Notes: a model not told the origin generated them from the letters alone. Positions 29,819 to 40,335 are shown, numbered from the stretch's first letter. The stretch: DNA of 64,000 nt from an uncultured Flavobacteriaceae bacterium (GCA_965367745.1 CBDUKG010000004.1:2197-66196), one strand, 5' to 3'. Numbers and translations are program-made.

Positions 29819-30011
29819 AATAGTTACAAAAGTAGAGATTAAATAAATAACGATTCTATTTAGATTTGATATGTTTATGTTCTAAATTAACTCTAAATAG
29901 GAAAATATTAATAAACTATCAATATAGGACATAAATATGGAAAATGCGAGGTGTTTTAGATTGAAATTACACCATACATTTGTCCTATACTAATTAAAAA
30001 AATATAGAATT

Positions 30012-30608
30012 ATGAAAAATTTAATTAAAAAGAATTTACTTATTGTTGCACTTTTTTTTGCAGTAGTAACGAACGCAACAAACATTAATAACAATGTTAA
30101 GGTAACTTTGATTAACTCTAAGTTAATTGATTTAAAATTAGAAAATTCAGATGGAGATTTAACAATAAGTGTAATAGATGCCTATGGAGAGATTTTGTAT
30201 ACTGAAAATTTTGAAGGAAATTATTTCTCAAAAAAATATGATTTAAATACATTGCCAGCAGGTAACTATTACTTTGAATTTGAAGGTGAAACAAGAATTA
30301 ACTTAATGCCTTTTAAAGTAACTTCTAAAGGATTTGAATTTAAAAACCAAATTGAAAGTACTTTTTACAAACCTATTGTAAGACAAGAAGGAGATTTAGT
30401 TTTTATTTCGAAAACGGCTTTTAATAAAGAGGATTTTGAAATTTATTTATATGATAATCAATCAAATATCTTGTATCAAGAAAAGTTAAAGGGTGATATA
30501 AATTTAGGCAAAAGTTTAAATTTGAAGAATCTTACCTCTGGAAATTATAAAATTGTAATGAAAAGTGCTGGTAAAGTGTTTGAACAAAAAGTTTATAAAG
30601 AATTATAA
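30012..30608 (+). CDS. secreted hypothetical protein with two Ig-like repeats
   Basis: Signal peptide; duplicated motif I.D..G/S.ILY.E...L..L..GNY; TACATTTG promoter at 29975-82. Confidence 0.75.
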   Translation: MKNLIKKNLLIVALFFAVVTNATNINNNVKVTLINSKLIDLKLENSDGDLTISVIDAYGEILYTENFEGNYFSKKYDLNTLPAGNYYFEFEGETRINLMPFKVTSKGFEFKNQIESTFYKPIVRQEGDLVFISKTAFNKEDFEIYLYDNQSNILYQEKLKGDINLGKSLNLKNLTSGNYKIVMKSAGKVFEQKVYKEL

Positions 30609-30640
30609 TAGTTCATAGATTATTTAAGTTTGGTTTAATT

Positions 30641-30672
30641 AAAAGGGGTCTTCAGTTGAAGGCTCTTTTTTT
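30641..30672. terminator. bidirectional intrinsic terminator
   Basis: AAAAGGGGTCTTCA..TGAAGGCTCTTTTT. Confidence 0.75.
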
Positions 30673-31153
30673 ATTCCCTTAAATATGACACAAAACTGTA
30701 GTCGTATTTATTATTTGCATCGGCTTTAAAATGTTGTCTAGAAGTTTCTTTCCATATTGAAGCATCAATTTTAGGGAAAAACGCATCAGCATCGAAAGTA
30801 TGATGGACAAAAGTTAGATCAAGTTTGTCTGAAATTTTAATAGCTTCTTTATAAATTTCTGCTCCGCCTAAAATATATGGATTATCATCAGAAGCTGCTG
30901 CCTTAAGAGCTTCGTCTAAAGTATGCACAACAATACAGCCTTCAGCAGCATAATTTTTATTTCTAGTAATTATAATAGAAGTTCTGTTTGGAAGAGGTTT
31001 CCCAAGAGATTCAAAAGTCTTTCTACCCATAATTATATGGTGGTTTAACGTAATCTGTTTAAATCTTTTTAAATCTGCTGGTAAATGCCAAATTAGTTGA
31101 TTGTCTTTTCCTAAGGCATTATTTTCTGCTATTGCAGCTATTATTGTAATCAT
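30671..31153 (-). CDS. folA: dihydrofolate reductase
   Basis: WHLPADLKRF, IMGRKTFES, KPLPNR and GGAEIY motifs. Confidence 0.98.
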   Translation of the reverse strand: MITIIAAIAENNALGKDNQLIWHLPADLKRFKQITLNHHIIMGRKTFESLGKPLPNRTSIIITRNKNYAAEGCIVVHTLDEALKAAASDDNPYILGGAEIYKEAIKISDKLDLTFVHHTFDADAFFPKIDASIWKETSRQHFKADANNKYDYSFVSYLRE

Positions 31154-31554
31154 TCGTTTTCTAAATTTTTGGGTAGCTGCTCCTTTTTTTTTACTTCTGT
31201 GGCATATTGCTGACTTTCAGCCTTTATTTTAGCTTCATGAGCGATTGCTTTTTCTAGTTTGGCTATTTTTAGTTCTTGTTTTAGTACTAGTTTTTCTGTT
31301 TGTTTACGCTCCCATTCTTTATTCATAAACTTATTTGTAACATACACATTGATAACATGTAATATAAAAAGGAAGAACCAAATTAAAATTGCCCAAACAA
31401 ACCAATTAAACTGTTCCCAAATATTTAAAAATTTATTAAGTACAATTAAAAATACTGAACCAACTAAAAAAACTATAAAATGATAATATAAACGTTTTTT
31501 TTGTTTGATTCTATTTCGTGCATTTTCATATAATTCGTGCTGTTCATTCATCAT
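31150..31554 (-). CDS. 2TM domain-containing membrane protein
   Basis: YENARNRIKQKK..YYH, two TM helices, EWERK. Confidence 0.85.
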   Translation of the reverse strand: MMNEQHELYENARNRIKQKKRLYYHFIVFLVGSVFLIVLNKFLNIWEQFNWFVWAILIWFFLFILHVINVYVTNKFMNKEWERKQTEKLVLKQELKIAKLEKAIAHEAKIKAESQQYATEVKKKEQLPKNLENE

Positions 31555-31564
31555 ATAATTTGTT

Positions 31565-31771
31565 TTACATGCTTTTAACCCACTCTTTTATGTAATCTGT
31601 AAAATCTTCTGTTTCATCGGCTTGAGAAAATTTTTCATTCGCAAGAGTTAAAAATTTTGAAATGTTTTTATCTGAAGTATTTATAAGAGTATCAATTGAT
31701 TTTAATAAATTAACATCTTCAATTTCAATAATTCTTTGAATAATTTTATTTTTTAATTGTAGAGAGTCCAT
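31565..31771 (-). CDS. small hypothetical protein
   Basis: 68-aa ORF co-oriented and tightly packed in the thyA-folA string. Confidence 0.7.
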   Translation of the reverse strand: MDSLQLKNKIIQRIIEIEDVNLLKSIDTLINTSDKNISKFLTLANEKFSQADETEDFTDYIKEWVKSM

Positions 31772-31809
31772 ACTGTTTTTTTATGCTTAACGTTTTCTTT
31801 ACTTTAATA

Positions 31810-32634
31810 TTATACAGAAACAACACCTTTAATATGTGGATGTGGATTGTAATTTACTAAAGTAAAATCTTCAAAATTAAAATCAAAGATATTTTTAATT
31901 TTTGGATTTATTTTCATTTGAGGCAATGGTTTTGGCTCTCTAGATAATTGTAAAGCAATTTGTTCGCTGTGGTTGCTGTAAATATGTGCATCACCAAATG
32001 TGTGAATAAAATCTCCATAACCTAAACCACAAACTTGAGCCATCATCATTGTTAATAAGGCATAAGAAGCAATATTAAATGGAACTCCTAAAAAAATATC
32101 AGCACTTCGCTGGTATAATTGACAGGATAATTTTCCATCAGTTACATAAAATTGAAAAAAAGCATGACAAGGAGGCAAAGCGGCTTTTCCGTTTGCAACA
32201 TTTTCAGAAAACGAAACTGATGTATCTGGTAATACACTTGGATTCCAAGCGGTTACTATCATTCTTCTACTGTCTGGGTTTGTTTTTATCGTATTTATTA
32301 CTTCAGTAATTTGATCAATACCTTCGCTATTCCAATTACGCCATTGATGTCCATAAACAGGACCTAAATCACCATTTTCATTTGCCCAGGCATCCCATAT
32401 TTTTACGCCGTTTTCTTTTAAATACTCAATGTTAGTCGTTCCTTTTAAAAACCAAAGCAATTCATAAATTATAGACTTTAAATGGAGTTTTTTTGTAGTT
32501 ACCATTGGAAACCCTTCATTTAAATCAAAACGCATTTGATAACCAAAAACACTTTTTGTTCCAGTTCCTGTTCGGTCTTCTTTTAAAATCCCGTTTTTGT
32601 TGACGTGTTTAATTAAGTCTAAATATTGTTTCAT
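31810..32634 (-). CDS. thyA: thymidylate synthase
   Basis: [26 protein letters not shown] and DAHIY motifs. Confidence 0.99.
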   Translation of the reverse strand: MKQYLDLIKHVNKNGILKEDRTGTGTKSVFGYQMRFDLNEGFPMVTTKKLHLKSIIYELLWFLKGTTNIEYLKENGVKIWDAWANENGDLGPVYGHQWRNWNSEGIDQITEVINTIKTNPDSRRMIVTAWNPSVLPDTSVSFSENVANGKAALPPCHAFFQFYVTDGKLSCQLYQRSADIFLGVPFNIASYALLTMMMAQVCGLGYGDFIHTFGDAHIYSNHSEQIALQLSREPKPLPQMKINPKIKNIFDFNFEDFTLVNYNPHPHIKGVVSV

Positions 32635-32700
32635 TTAATTAGGTTTAACTATTGAAAAGTTGAATTGGTTATTTATTAAATTTTAACAAATAAACAAAAA

Positions 32701-34095
32701 TTATCCGATTATCATTCCTGCAATTGTTGCAGAAAGTAAAGAGGCTAAAGAACCACCAATTAATGCTTTTATACCAAATTCGGACAATGTTTTACGTTGC
32801 CCAGGAGCCAATGATCCAATACCTCCAATTTGAATTCCAATTGAGGCAAAATTAGCAAATCCACAAAGCATATATGTTGCCATAATTACAGATTTATTAT
32901 AGGTAAAATGTGTAATATTTGTAACATCTTTAAGCTCAGCTAATTGAATATATCCAACAAATTCACTTGCTGCTAATTTAACTCCTAATAATTGTCCCAT
33001 TAGCATAATATCTTCTTTAGCTACACCAATTAACCACATAAGAGGGGCAAAAATAGTTCCTAAAATAGCCTCTAAAGTAAATTTTGGATACGGAGTATTT
33101 GCAGCCATCCATTCGTTTAAATTAGTAACATCTCCAACCCAACCTAACATACCATTTAACATGGCAATAATAGCTACAAAAACTAACAGCATTGCGGCAA
33201 CATTAGCAGCTAATTTTAAACCTTCTGTTGTTCCATTTGCAATGGCGTCTAATATATTAGAACCAATTTTTTCTTGTGAAACACTTACATCAGTATTTAC
33301 TTTTTCGGTTTGTGGATACAACATTTTTGAAATTACAATTGCTCCAGGTGCAGCCATAACAGACGCAGCTAATAAATGTTTGGCAAAATGCAATCGCAGT
33401 ACAGGATCATTTCCTCCTAAAAATCCAATGTACGCCGCTAAAACACCACCAGCTACAGTTGCCATACCACCAATCATTACTAATAATATTTCAGAACGAT
33501 TCATGCGTTCTAAATATGCTTTTATCATTAAAGGAGCTTCTGTTTGACCTAAAAATATATTTCCAGCAACAGATAAACTTTCCGCACCAGAAATATGTAA
33601 TAATTTTGTTAGTAACCAAGCCAACCCTTTTACTATAATTTGAATAATTCCTAAATAAAATAATAGGGACGTTAAAGCCGAAAAGAAAATAATAGTAGGT
33701 AATATTTGGAATACAAATATAAATCCATACGATTCGCTATTCATTAAACCTCCAAATAAGAAGATACTACCAGCGGCAGTATAATCTAAAATATTTGTAA
33801 AAATACTTCCAACAAACTCGAAAATTGCTTGTACAAAAGGAATTTTTAATACACCTACAGCTATTAAAAGTTGGGCTGTTAATCCAGCTCCAACAGTTTT
33901 CCAATTTATTGCTTTTCTATTACTACTAAACAAGTAAGCTACTAATATTAATGAAAACATTCCTAAAACACCTCTCCATAAAGATGTAACAGAAAACCCT
34001 TGATTATCTATTAATAAATTAGATGTAATTTCTTGTGAATTTGCAGATGTAATACTGAAAAATAGCAGCGCAGCTAAGCCAATTTTTTTTATCAT
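32701..34095 (-). CDS. Na+-dependent concentrative nucleoside transporter (CNT/NupC family)
   Basis: NIFLGQTEAP, MATVAGG, MAAPG and CGFANFASIGI motifs. Confidence 0.95.
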   Translation of the reverse strand: MIKKIGLAALLFFSITSANSQEITSNLLIDNQGFSVTSLWRGVLGMFSLILVAYLFSSNRKAINWKTVGAGLTAQLLIAVGVLKIPFVQAIFEFVGSIFTNILDYTAAGSIFLFGGLMNSESYGFIFVFQILPTIIFFSALTSLLFYLGIIQIIVKGLAWLLTKLLHISGAESLSVAGNIFLGQTEAPLMIKAYLERMNRSEILLVMIGGMATVAGGVLAAYIGFLGGNDPVLRLHFAKHLLAASVMAAPGAIVISKMLYPQTEKVNTDVSVSQEKIGSNILDAIANGTTEGLKLAANVAAMLLVFVAIIAMLNGMLGWVGDVTNLNEWMAANTPYPKFTLEAILGTIFAPLMWLIGVAKEDIMLMGQLLGVKLAASEFVGYIQLAELKDVTNITHFTYNKSVIMATYMLCGFANFASIGIQIGGIGSLAPGQRKTLSEFGIKALIGGSLASLLSATIAGMIIG

Positions 34096-34107
34096 TTTGA
34101 AGTTTGG

Positions 34108-34719
34108 TTATTGGGTACGTTTGTTAATTTCATCACGAATTTTTGCAGCTAATTCGTAATCCTCATCTTGAACAGCTTTGTCTAATTTTTCGTTTAACTG
34201 TTTTAAGGTGACTTTTGAATAAGTTGATTTTTTAACAGGTTCGGGATCTTCAATTAAGTTTTCAATTCCTATATCATCTTCTTGTCCAGGGCCTAATTCA
34301 TCCTTCATTTTTAAGTAAATTCCTGCTTTATCTAAAATGTTTTCATAGGTGTAAATAGGAGCATTAAAACGAGTTGCTAGAGCGATTGCGTCCGAAGTTC
34401 TAGTATCAATAATTTCTTCTATTTTGTCACGTTCACAAATTAAACTAGAGTAAAAAACACCATCAACTAATTTATGAATAATTACTTGTTTAATTTTTAT
34501 TTGAAATCTATCAGCAAAAGTTTTAAACAAATCATGGGTTAAAGGTCGCGGTGGTTTAATTTCCTTTTCTAATGCAATCGCAATAGATTGCGCTTCAAAA
34601 GCACCAATTACAATAGGCAATGTTCTATTACCATCTTCTTCACTCAAAACCAATGCGTAAGCACCGCTTTGTGTTTGACTGTATGATATTCCTTTTATAT
34701 TTAGTCGAACTAAACTCAT
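34108..34719 (-). CDS. bifunctional nuclease family protein (DUF151) with C-terminal UVR domain
   Basis: PIVIGAFEA, RPLTHDL and RTSDAIALA motifs; EDYELAAKIRDEI. Confidence 0.93.
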   Translation of the reverse strand: MSLVRLNIKGISYSQTQSGAYALVLSEEDGNRTLPIVIGAFEAQSIAIALEKEIKPPRPLTHDLFKTFADRFQIKIKQVIIHKLVDGVFYSSLICERDKIEEIIDTRTSDAIALATRFNAPIYTYENILDKAGIYLKMKDELGPGQEDDIGIENLIEDPEPVKKSTYSKVTLKQLNEKLDKAVQDEDYELAAKIRDEINKRTQ

Positions 34720-34733
34720 AAGTTAAAATTAGC

Positions 34734-34784
34734 AAAAAAGGCTGTCTAATCAAAGGACTATTGGTCCAAAAATTAGACAGCCTT
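34734..34784 (-). terminator. etfA terminator formed by an AAGGCTGTCT inverted repeat
   Basis: AAGGCTGTCTAAT..ATTAGACAGCCTT with a U-tract on minus. Confidence 0.7.
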
Positions 34785-34808
34785 GTTAAGAGGCACAATT
34801 TAATAAAA

Positions 34809-35771
34809 TTATGCGTTATTAGCCTTAAATTCTTTTAACTTTTCTATTAATTTTGGAACTACTTCAAAAGCATCACCAACAATGCCGTAATCAGCAGCCT
34901 TAAAAAACGGTGCTTCCGCATCAGTATTTATTACAACTTTTACTTTAGATGAATTAATTCCAGCTAAATGCTGAATTGCTCCAGAAATACCAATGGCAAT
35001 ATATAAATTAGATGCAACGGGTTTTCCAGTTTGCCCAACGTGTTCGCTATGTGGTCTCCATCCTAAATCTGAAACTGGTTTAGAGCAAGCAGTTGCAGCA
35101 CCTAAAATGCTGGCTAATTCTTCAACCATTCCCCAATTTTCAGGGCCTTTTAAACCACGACCAGCAGAAACTACAATATCAGCATCTGCGATAGTTACCG
35201 TACCTGTAGTTTGTTCAATCGATTCTGAAGTTAAATTGCTACTTGCTATTTCTGGAGAAAAACTTTCAGTTGTTCCTGAAACTTCGTTTTCAAAAACTCC
35301 GTAAGAATTTTTAGCCAGTGTAATTACTTTTACTTCAGTAGAAATTTCGCAACTATTAAAAGCCTTGCTCGAAAATGCTTTTCGTTTTACAACAAACGGA
35401 GAAGTAGAGCTAGGTAAGGACATAACATTACTTGCAAAACCAGCATTTAAATTAACGGCAACTAACGGTGCTAAATACAAACCGTTTGCATTTGAATCTA
35501 TAATAACAACTGTTGAATTTTCTTTTTCAGCAGCTTGTTTAACAATGTTTGCAACTATTTTTGCATTAAAAGTAGCCAACGCTTCGTTTGAAACATTTAA
35601 TACTTTTTCTGCACCATATTTATAGAGTGTTTCGGTTTCGGTTGCATTTATTGCAAGAACTACAAGATTAGTATCTAATTGTTCTGCAACTTTTTTCCCG
35701 TATGATGTTACCTCAAACGTTGATTTTTTAAATTTTCCTTCCGATGCTTCGGCTAAAACTAAAACTGACAT
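34809..35771 (-). CDS. etfA: electron transfer flavoprotein alpha subunit
   Basis: VVSAGRG, VGQTGK and GISGAIQHLAG motifs. Confidence 0.97.
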   Translation of the reverse strand: MSVLVLAEASEGKFKKSTFEVTSYGKKVAEQLDTNLVVLAINATETETLYKYGAEKVLNVSNEALATFNAKIVANIVKQAAEKENSTVVIIDSNANGLYLAPLVAVNLNAGFASNVMSLPSSTSPFVVKRKAFSSKAFNSCEISTEVKVITLAKNSYGVFENEVSGTTESFSPEIASSNLTSESIEQTTGTVTIADADIVVSAGRGLKGPENWGMVEELASILGAATACSKPVSDLGWRPHSEHVGQTGKPVASNLYIAIGISGAIQHLAGINSSKVKVVINTDAEAPFFKAADYGIVGDAFEVVPKLIEKLKEFKANNA

Positions 35772-35808
35772 ATATTTTTATTTTGTTTAATCGTTGTTGA
35801 ACTATTTA

Positions 35809-36555
35809 TTAAATAACTTTTGCCTCGTTGTGTAATAAGTTTATTAACTCATCTACATTGTCAGCATCTACTAGTTTACAAGCAGATTTGGCTGCTGGTT
35901 TTTCAAAAGAAGTTGATTTAGTTGTAACTTCATTTGCTGTTGGCTCAATAATAGTTAACGGTTTTTTACGAGCCATCATGATACCTCGCATGTTAGGAAT
36001 GCGTAAATCTTTTTCTTCAACAAGCCCTTTCTGTCCAGCAATTATTAAAGGTAAATTACAGGATAAAACTTCTTTTCCACCATCTATTTCTCTTGAAACA
36101 GTAGCTTTCTCACCTTCAATTTCAAGTCCAATACAAGCATTTACAAAATTATAATCTAACAACCCAGCGACCATTCCCGGAACCATTCCACCATTATAAT
36201 CAATAGATTCTTTTCCGGCCAATATTAAATCATATGGATCATTTTTAACAACTGCAGCTAATTCTTTTGCAACAGCAAAACCATCTGTAGCAGCAGTATT
36301 AACTCTAATAGCATTGTCAGCTCCAATTGCTAAAGCTTTCCTTAAAGTTGGCTCTGTTGCAGCATCTCCAACGGATATAACAGTTACGCTTGCACCTTGT
36401 TTTTCTTTAAACCACATAGCGCGAGTTAATGCAAACTCATCATACGGGTTTATTACAAATTGCACGCCATTACTGTCAAATTTTGTATCGTTTTCAGTAA
36501 AATTTATTTTTGAAGTAGTATCAGGAACGTGACTTATACAAACTAATATTTTCAT
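35809..36555 (-). CDS. etfB: electron transfer flavoprotein beta subunit
   Basis: VPDT, INPYDE, ALAIGAD and LRIPNMRGIM motifs. Confidence 0.97.
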   Translation of the reverse strand: MKILVCISHVPDTTSKINFTENDTKFDSNGVQFVINPYDEFALTRAMWFKEKQGASVTVISVGDAATEPTLRKALAIGADNAIRVNTAATDGFAVAKELAAVVKNDPYDLILAGKESIDYNGGMVPGMVAGLLDYNFVNACIGLEIEGEKATVSREIDGGKEVLSCNLPLIIAGQKGLVEEKDLRIPNMRGIMMARKKPLTIIEPTANEVTTKSTSFEKPAAKSACKLVDADNVDELINLLHNEAKVI

Positions 36556-36637
36556 ATTATTATTTATTTGATTATTTAATTATAAAAATAACGACTTTAT
36601 TATTATATTTTACGAATGTACTACTTTTTTTTAAAAA

Positions 36638-36655
36638 TACTATGCGCGCATAGTA
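36638..36655. promoter_or_regulatory. perfect 18-bp palindromic operator candidate
   Basis: TACTATGCGCGCATAGTA between divergent etfB and pdhB. Confidence 0.75.
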
Positions 36656-36730
36656 AAATTTTATTAAGTATTATTTTTTTGATAGTAAATTTAGAATTGC
36701 TTACTTTTGCAATTCGTTAAAAAATATACA

Positions 36731-37711
36731 ATGAAGACAATACAATTTAGAGAAGCTATTTGTGAAGCGATGAGTGAAGAAATGCGTCGTGATGAAAGTG
36801 TTTATTTATTAGGTGAAGAAGTTGCTGAATATAATGGAGCATACAAAGCGTCTAAAGGAATGTTAGATGAGTTTGGAGCAAAACGAGTTATTGATACACC
36901 AATTGCTGAATTAGGTTTTACTGGTATTGCTGTTGGTTCCGCTATGAATGGAAATAGACCAATTGTTGAGTTTATGACCTTTAATTTTGCATTGGTTGGA
37001 ATTGATCAAATAATAAATAATGCGGCTAAAATTAGACAAATGTCTGGTGGTCAGTTAAATTGCCCAATTGTTTTTAGAGGGCCAACTGGTTCTGCAGGAC
37101 AATTAGGTGCAACACACTCTCAAGCTTTTGAAAACTGGTTTGCAAATACTCCAGGTTTAAAAGTTGTAGTTCCTTCAAACCCATATGATGCAAAAGGTTT
37201 ATTAAAAGCTGCGATTAGAGACGATGATCCAGTTATCTTTATGGAATCAGAACAAATGTATGGTGATAAAATGGAGGTGCCAGAAGGTGAATATATTATT
37301 CCAATAGGTGTTGCCGATATTAAAAGAGAAGGTACAGATGTAACAATTGTTTCTTTTGGTAAAATTATTAAAGAAGCTTATAAAGCGGCTGATGTTCTTG
37401 AGAAAGAGGGCATTTCTTGTGAAATTTTAGATATGCGAACTGTTAGACCAATGGATTTTGAAGCTATTTTTACTTCAGTTAAAAAAACAAACAGATTGGT
37501 TATTTTAGAAGAAGCTTGGCCTTTTGCTAGTGTTTCTTCAGAGATAACATTTCAAGTACAAGAAAATGTATTCGATTATTTAGATGCTCCAATAAGAAGA
37601 ATTACAACAGCGGATGCACCTGCACCATATTCTCCAGTATTATTAGAAGAGTGGTTGCCTAACTTTAACGATGTTGTTAAAGCGGTGAAAGACGTTATGT
37701 ATATAAAATAA
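36731..37711 (+). CDS. pdhB: pyruvate dehydrogenase E1 beta subunit
   Basis: GEEVAEYNGAYK, DTPIAE and HSQ motifs; ATG 36731 preferred over TTG 36707. Confidence 0.96.
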   Translation: MKTIQFREAICEAMSEEMRRDESVYLLGEEVAEYNGAYKASKGMLDEFGAKRVIDTPIAELGFTGIAVGSAMNGNRPIVEFMTFNFALVGIDQIINNAAKIRQMSGGQLNCPIVFRGPTGSAGQLGATHSQAFENWFANTPGLKVVVPSNPYDAKGLLKAAIRDDDPVIFMESEQMYGDKMEVPEGEYIIPIGVADIKREGTDVTIVSFGKIIKEAYKAADVLEKEGISCEILDMRTVRPMDFEAIFTSVKKTNRLVILEEAWPFASVSSEITFQVQENVFDYLDAPIRRITTADAPAPYSPVLLEEWLPNFNDVVKAVKDVMYIK

Positions 37712-37732
37712 AGGCATACTATTTGCGTTATT

Positions 37733-37765
37733 AAATCCTTTCAAGTACTACTTGAAAGGATTTTT
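37733..37765 (+). terminator. intrinsic terminator of pdhB
   Basis: AAATCCTTTCAAGTA..TACTTGAAAGGATTTTT. Confidence 0.85.
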
Positions 37766-37839
37766 CATTTAAAACGTCTACTCTAAGGTTTACATTTTGA
37801 ATAATAAATCCGACCCTTAAAATACAATAAGTATTAAAT

Positions 37840-40335
37840 ATGAGAATAATTTTTAAAGTTATATACTTCCTTTTTTTGTTCATTTTTTCAATGAGTTTTG
37901 CTCAAGTTAAAATTAGTGGGATAGTTGTAGATGAACAAAATGAATCTATTCCGTTTGCAAACATAGTTTTTGTAGATTCTTATACGGGAACAGTTTCAGA
38001 TGAGAATGGTAAGTTTTATTTAGAATCAAATAATACATACACTAAAATTGAAGTATCATTTATAGGCTATGAAACAAAAATAGTACCCATAAAAAGTAGA
38101 GATTTTAATTTAACAATTACTTTAAATGAGTCGGCCTCTCAGTTAGATGAGGTTTTTATTTATAGTGGAAAAGTTAAGAAAAAAGGAAATCCTGCAATTG
38201 CAATTTTAAAGAAAATATGGGCGAAAGAACGTCAGAATGGTATTTATTTATTCGATCAATATCAGTATGAAAAGTATGAAAAACTTGAGTTTGATATGAA
38301 TAATGTTGACAGTGCTTTTATGAAAAAGAAACTGTTTAAAGGAATGGAATTTGTTTTTAAAAACATAGATACTTCAAACATAACAGGAAAAGCTTTTTTG
38401 CCAATTTTTATCAACGAATCAGTTTACAATTCTTACGGAAAAAATAAAGGAGGTCAAAAATTGCGTGAAGATTTAGTTGCCAATAAAAATTCGGGTTTTA
38501 ACTCCAATCAAAATGTAATTGCTTTTATAAAAGATTTATATGTAGACTATAATATATATGATAGCTATATTAAAATTTTCGATAAAAGTTTTGTGAGCCC
38601 TATTTCAAAAGCATCAGGAATTTCAACCTATAATTATGTGTTAACTGATAGTGCGTTTGTAGATAATAAGTGGTGTTATAATATTCTATATTATCCTCGT
38701 AGAAAAAGTGAATTGACTTTTAAAGGCGATTTTTGGGTAAATGACACAACGTTTGCAGTTAAAGAAATTAATATGCAAGCAACTCGAAGCGCAAACATAA
38801 ATTGGGTAAAAGATATTTATATAGAACAGGAGTTTAATGTGTTAAACGATTCTGTATTCTTACTAAAAAGAGATTATATGCTCTCTGATTTTAGTTTGAA
38901 TAAAAAAGATAAGTCCAGAGGAGTATATGGTAGAAGAACTACCATGTACAAAGATTATAATTTTGATGAAATAAAGGATGCAAGTTTCTATAGTGAAGAA
39001 ATAAATGTATATGATAAAGAAATTTATAATAAGAACAACGATTATTGGAGTGACAACAGACAAGAAAAATTGAGCGATAACGAGCTGGGAATATATAAAA
39101 TGTTAGACACCCTAACCACAGTTCCAAAGTTTAAAAAAATGTACAATGCCATTTCGATTTTAGGCTCTGGATACATAGAGTTTAATAAATTTGATTTTGG
39201 CTCCATATATTCAACTTTTGGTAAAAATGATGTTGAAGGGTTGCGTTTGCGAGTTGGAGGAAGAACCTATTTAGGAGGAAACGAGCCTTGGCGTTTACAA
39301 GGTTATACTGCTTATGGTTTTGATGATGATAAATTTAAATACGGAATGTCTGGTAAATGGATGCTAAACCCAAAAAGCAGGTTTATAATTGGGGGAGGAA
39401 ATAGGCGAGATGTAGAACAAATAGGAGTTAGTTTAACAACAACAAATGATGTTTTAGGAAGAAGTTTTGCATCGTCTTCATTTTTTGCAAGTGGAGATAA
39501 TAGTAAGTTAACCTCTATAAATTTGTCTAACTTTTATATGTCTATTGAACCAAAAAACAATCTACAATTTAAACTTGGTGCATCTTATAGAACTTTAGAA
39601 TCTGCTTCACCAGAAACATTTAATTTAGATTATTGGGTTGATAAAGAAAGGGACATTAGAAAATCGGATATCATTCAATCTGAAATAGATTTCTCTATAA
39701 AATATACACCAGACAGAAAAACAATTGGTTATGGAGTTGAAAGGAATGAAGTTACTGATACTTATTCAACTTTATTTTTAAATTATTCACAAGGAATAAA
39801 GGGTGTTTTTGATAGTGATTTCGACTATCAGAAATTGCAGTTTTATTATCGTCAACCAATATTAATAGGTGGTTTTGGTAGAATGTTCACCACTTTTGAA
39901 GTCGGTAAAACATTTGGAGAAGTACCTTTAGGATTACTAAATGTTGTCCCTGGAAATCAATCTTATTTTACTATTGAAAATACCTATGCTTTATTGGATT
40001 ATTACGAATTCGTAACGGACACGTATGCTTCACTTCATATTGAACATAATTTTAACGGACGTTTTTTATCTAGAGTTCCTTTGTTAAGAAAATTAAATTT
40101 AAGAGAAATTGTTGGTGTTAAAGGTGTTTGGGGAGAAATCTCTGATAAAAATTTAGCATTAAACGCTTCAAATATAAATTATGTTGCACCTACAAAAGGC
40201 TATTATGAATATAGTGTTGGAATAGGAAATATTTTTAAAGTGTTTAGAATTGATTTTAGCTGGAGAGGTAATTATCTAGATATGCCAAATGCCAATAAGT
40301 TCGCTATAAAAGGTGCTTTTGGTTTCCATTTTTAA
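37840..40335 (+). CDS. outer-membrane protein, carboxypeptidase-regulatory-like N-domain plus DUF5686-type barrel
   Basis: Signal peptide, ISGIVVD..SFIGY N-domain, FVSPI, NDVEG.R.R.G, C-terminal Phe. Confidence 0.85.
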   Translation: MRIIFKVIYFLFLFIFSMSFAQVKISGIVVDEQNESIPFANIVFVDSYTGTVSDENGKFYLESNNTYTKIEVSFIGYETKIVPIKSRDFNLTITLNESASQLDEVFIYSGKVKKKGNPAIAILKKIWAKERQNGIYLFDQYQYEKYEKLEFDMNNVDSAFMKKKLFKGMEFVFKNIDTSNITGKAFLPIFINESVYNSYGKNKGGQKLREDLVANKNSGFNSNQNVIAFIKDLYVDYNIYDSYIKIFDKSFVSPISKASGISTYNYVLTDSAFVDNKWCYNILYYPRRKSELTFKGDFWVNDTTFAVKEINMQATRSANINWVKDIYIEQEFNVLNDSVFLLKRDYMLSDFSLNKKDKSRGVYGRRTTMYKDYNFDEIKDASFYSEEINVYDKEIYNKNNDYWSDNRQEKLSDNELGIYKMLDTLTTVPKFKKMYNAISILGSGYIEFNKFDFGSIYSTFGKNDVEGLRLRVGGRTYLGGNEPWRLQGYTAYGFDDDKFKYGMSGKWMLNPKSRFIIGGGNRRDVEQIGVSLTTTNDVLGRSFASSSFFASGDNSKLTSINLSNFYMSIEPKNNLQFKLGASYRTLESASPETFNLDYWVDKERDIRKSDIIQSEIDFSIKYTPDRKTIGYGVERNEVTDTYSTLFLNYSQGIKGVFDSDFDYQKLQFYYRQPILIGGFGRMFTTFEVGKTFGEVPLGLLNVVPGNQSYFTIENTYALLDYYEFVTDTYASLHIEHNFNGRFLSRVPLLRKLNLREIVGVKGVWGEISDKNLALNASNINYVAPTKGYYEYSVGIGNIFKVFRIDFSWRGNYLDMPNANKFAIKGAFGFHF

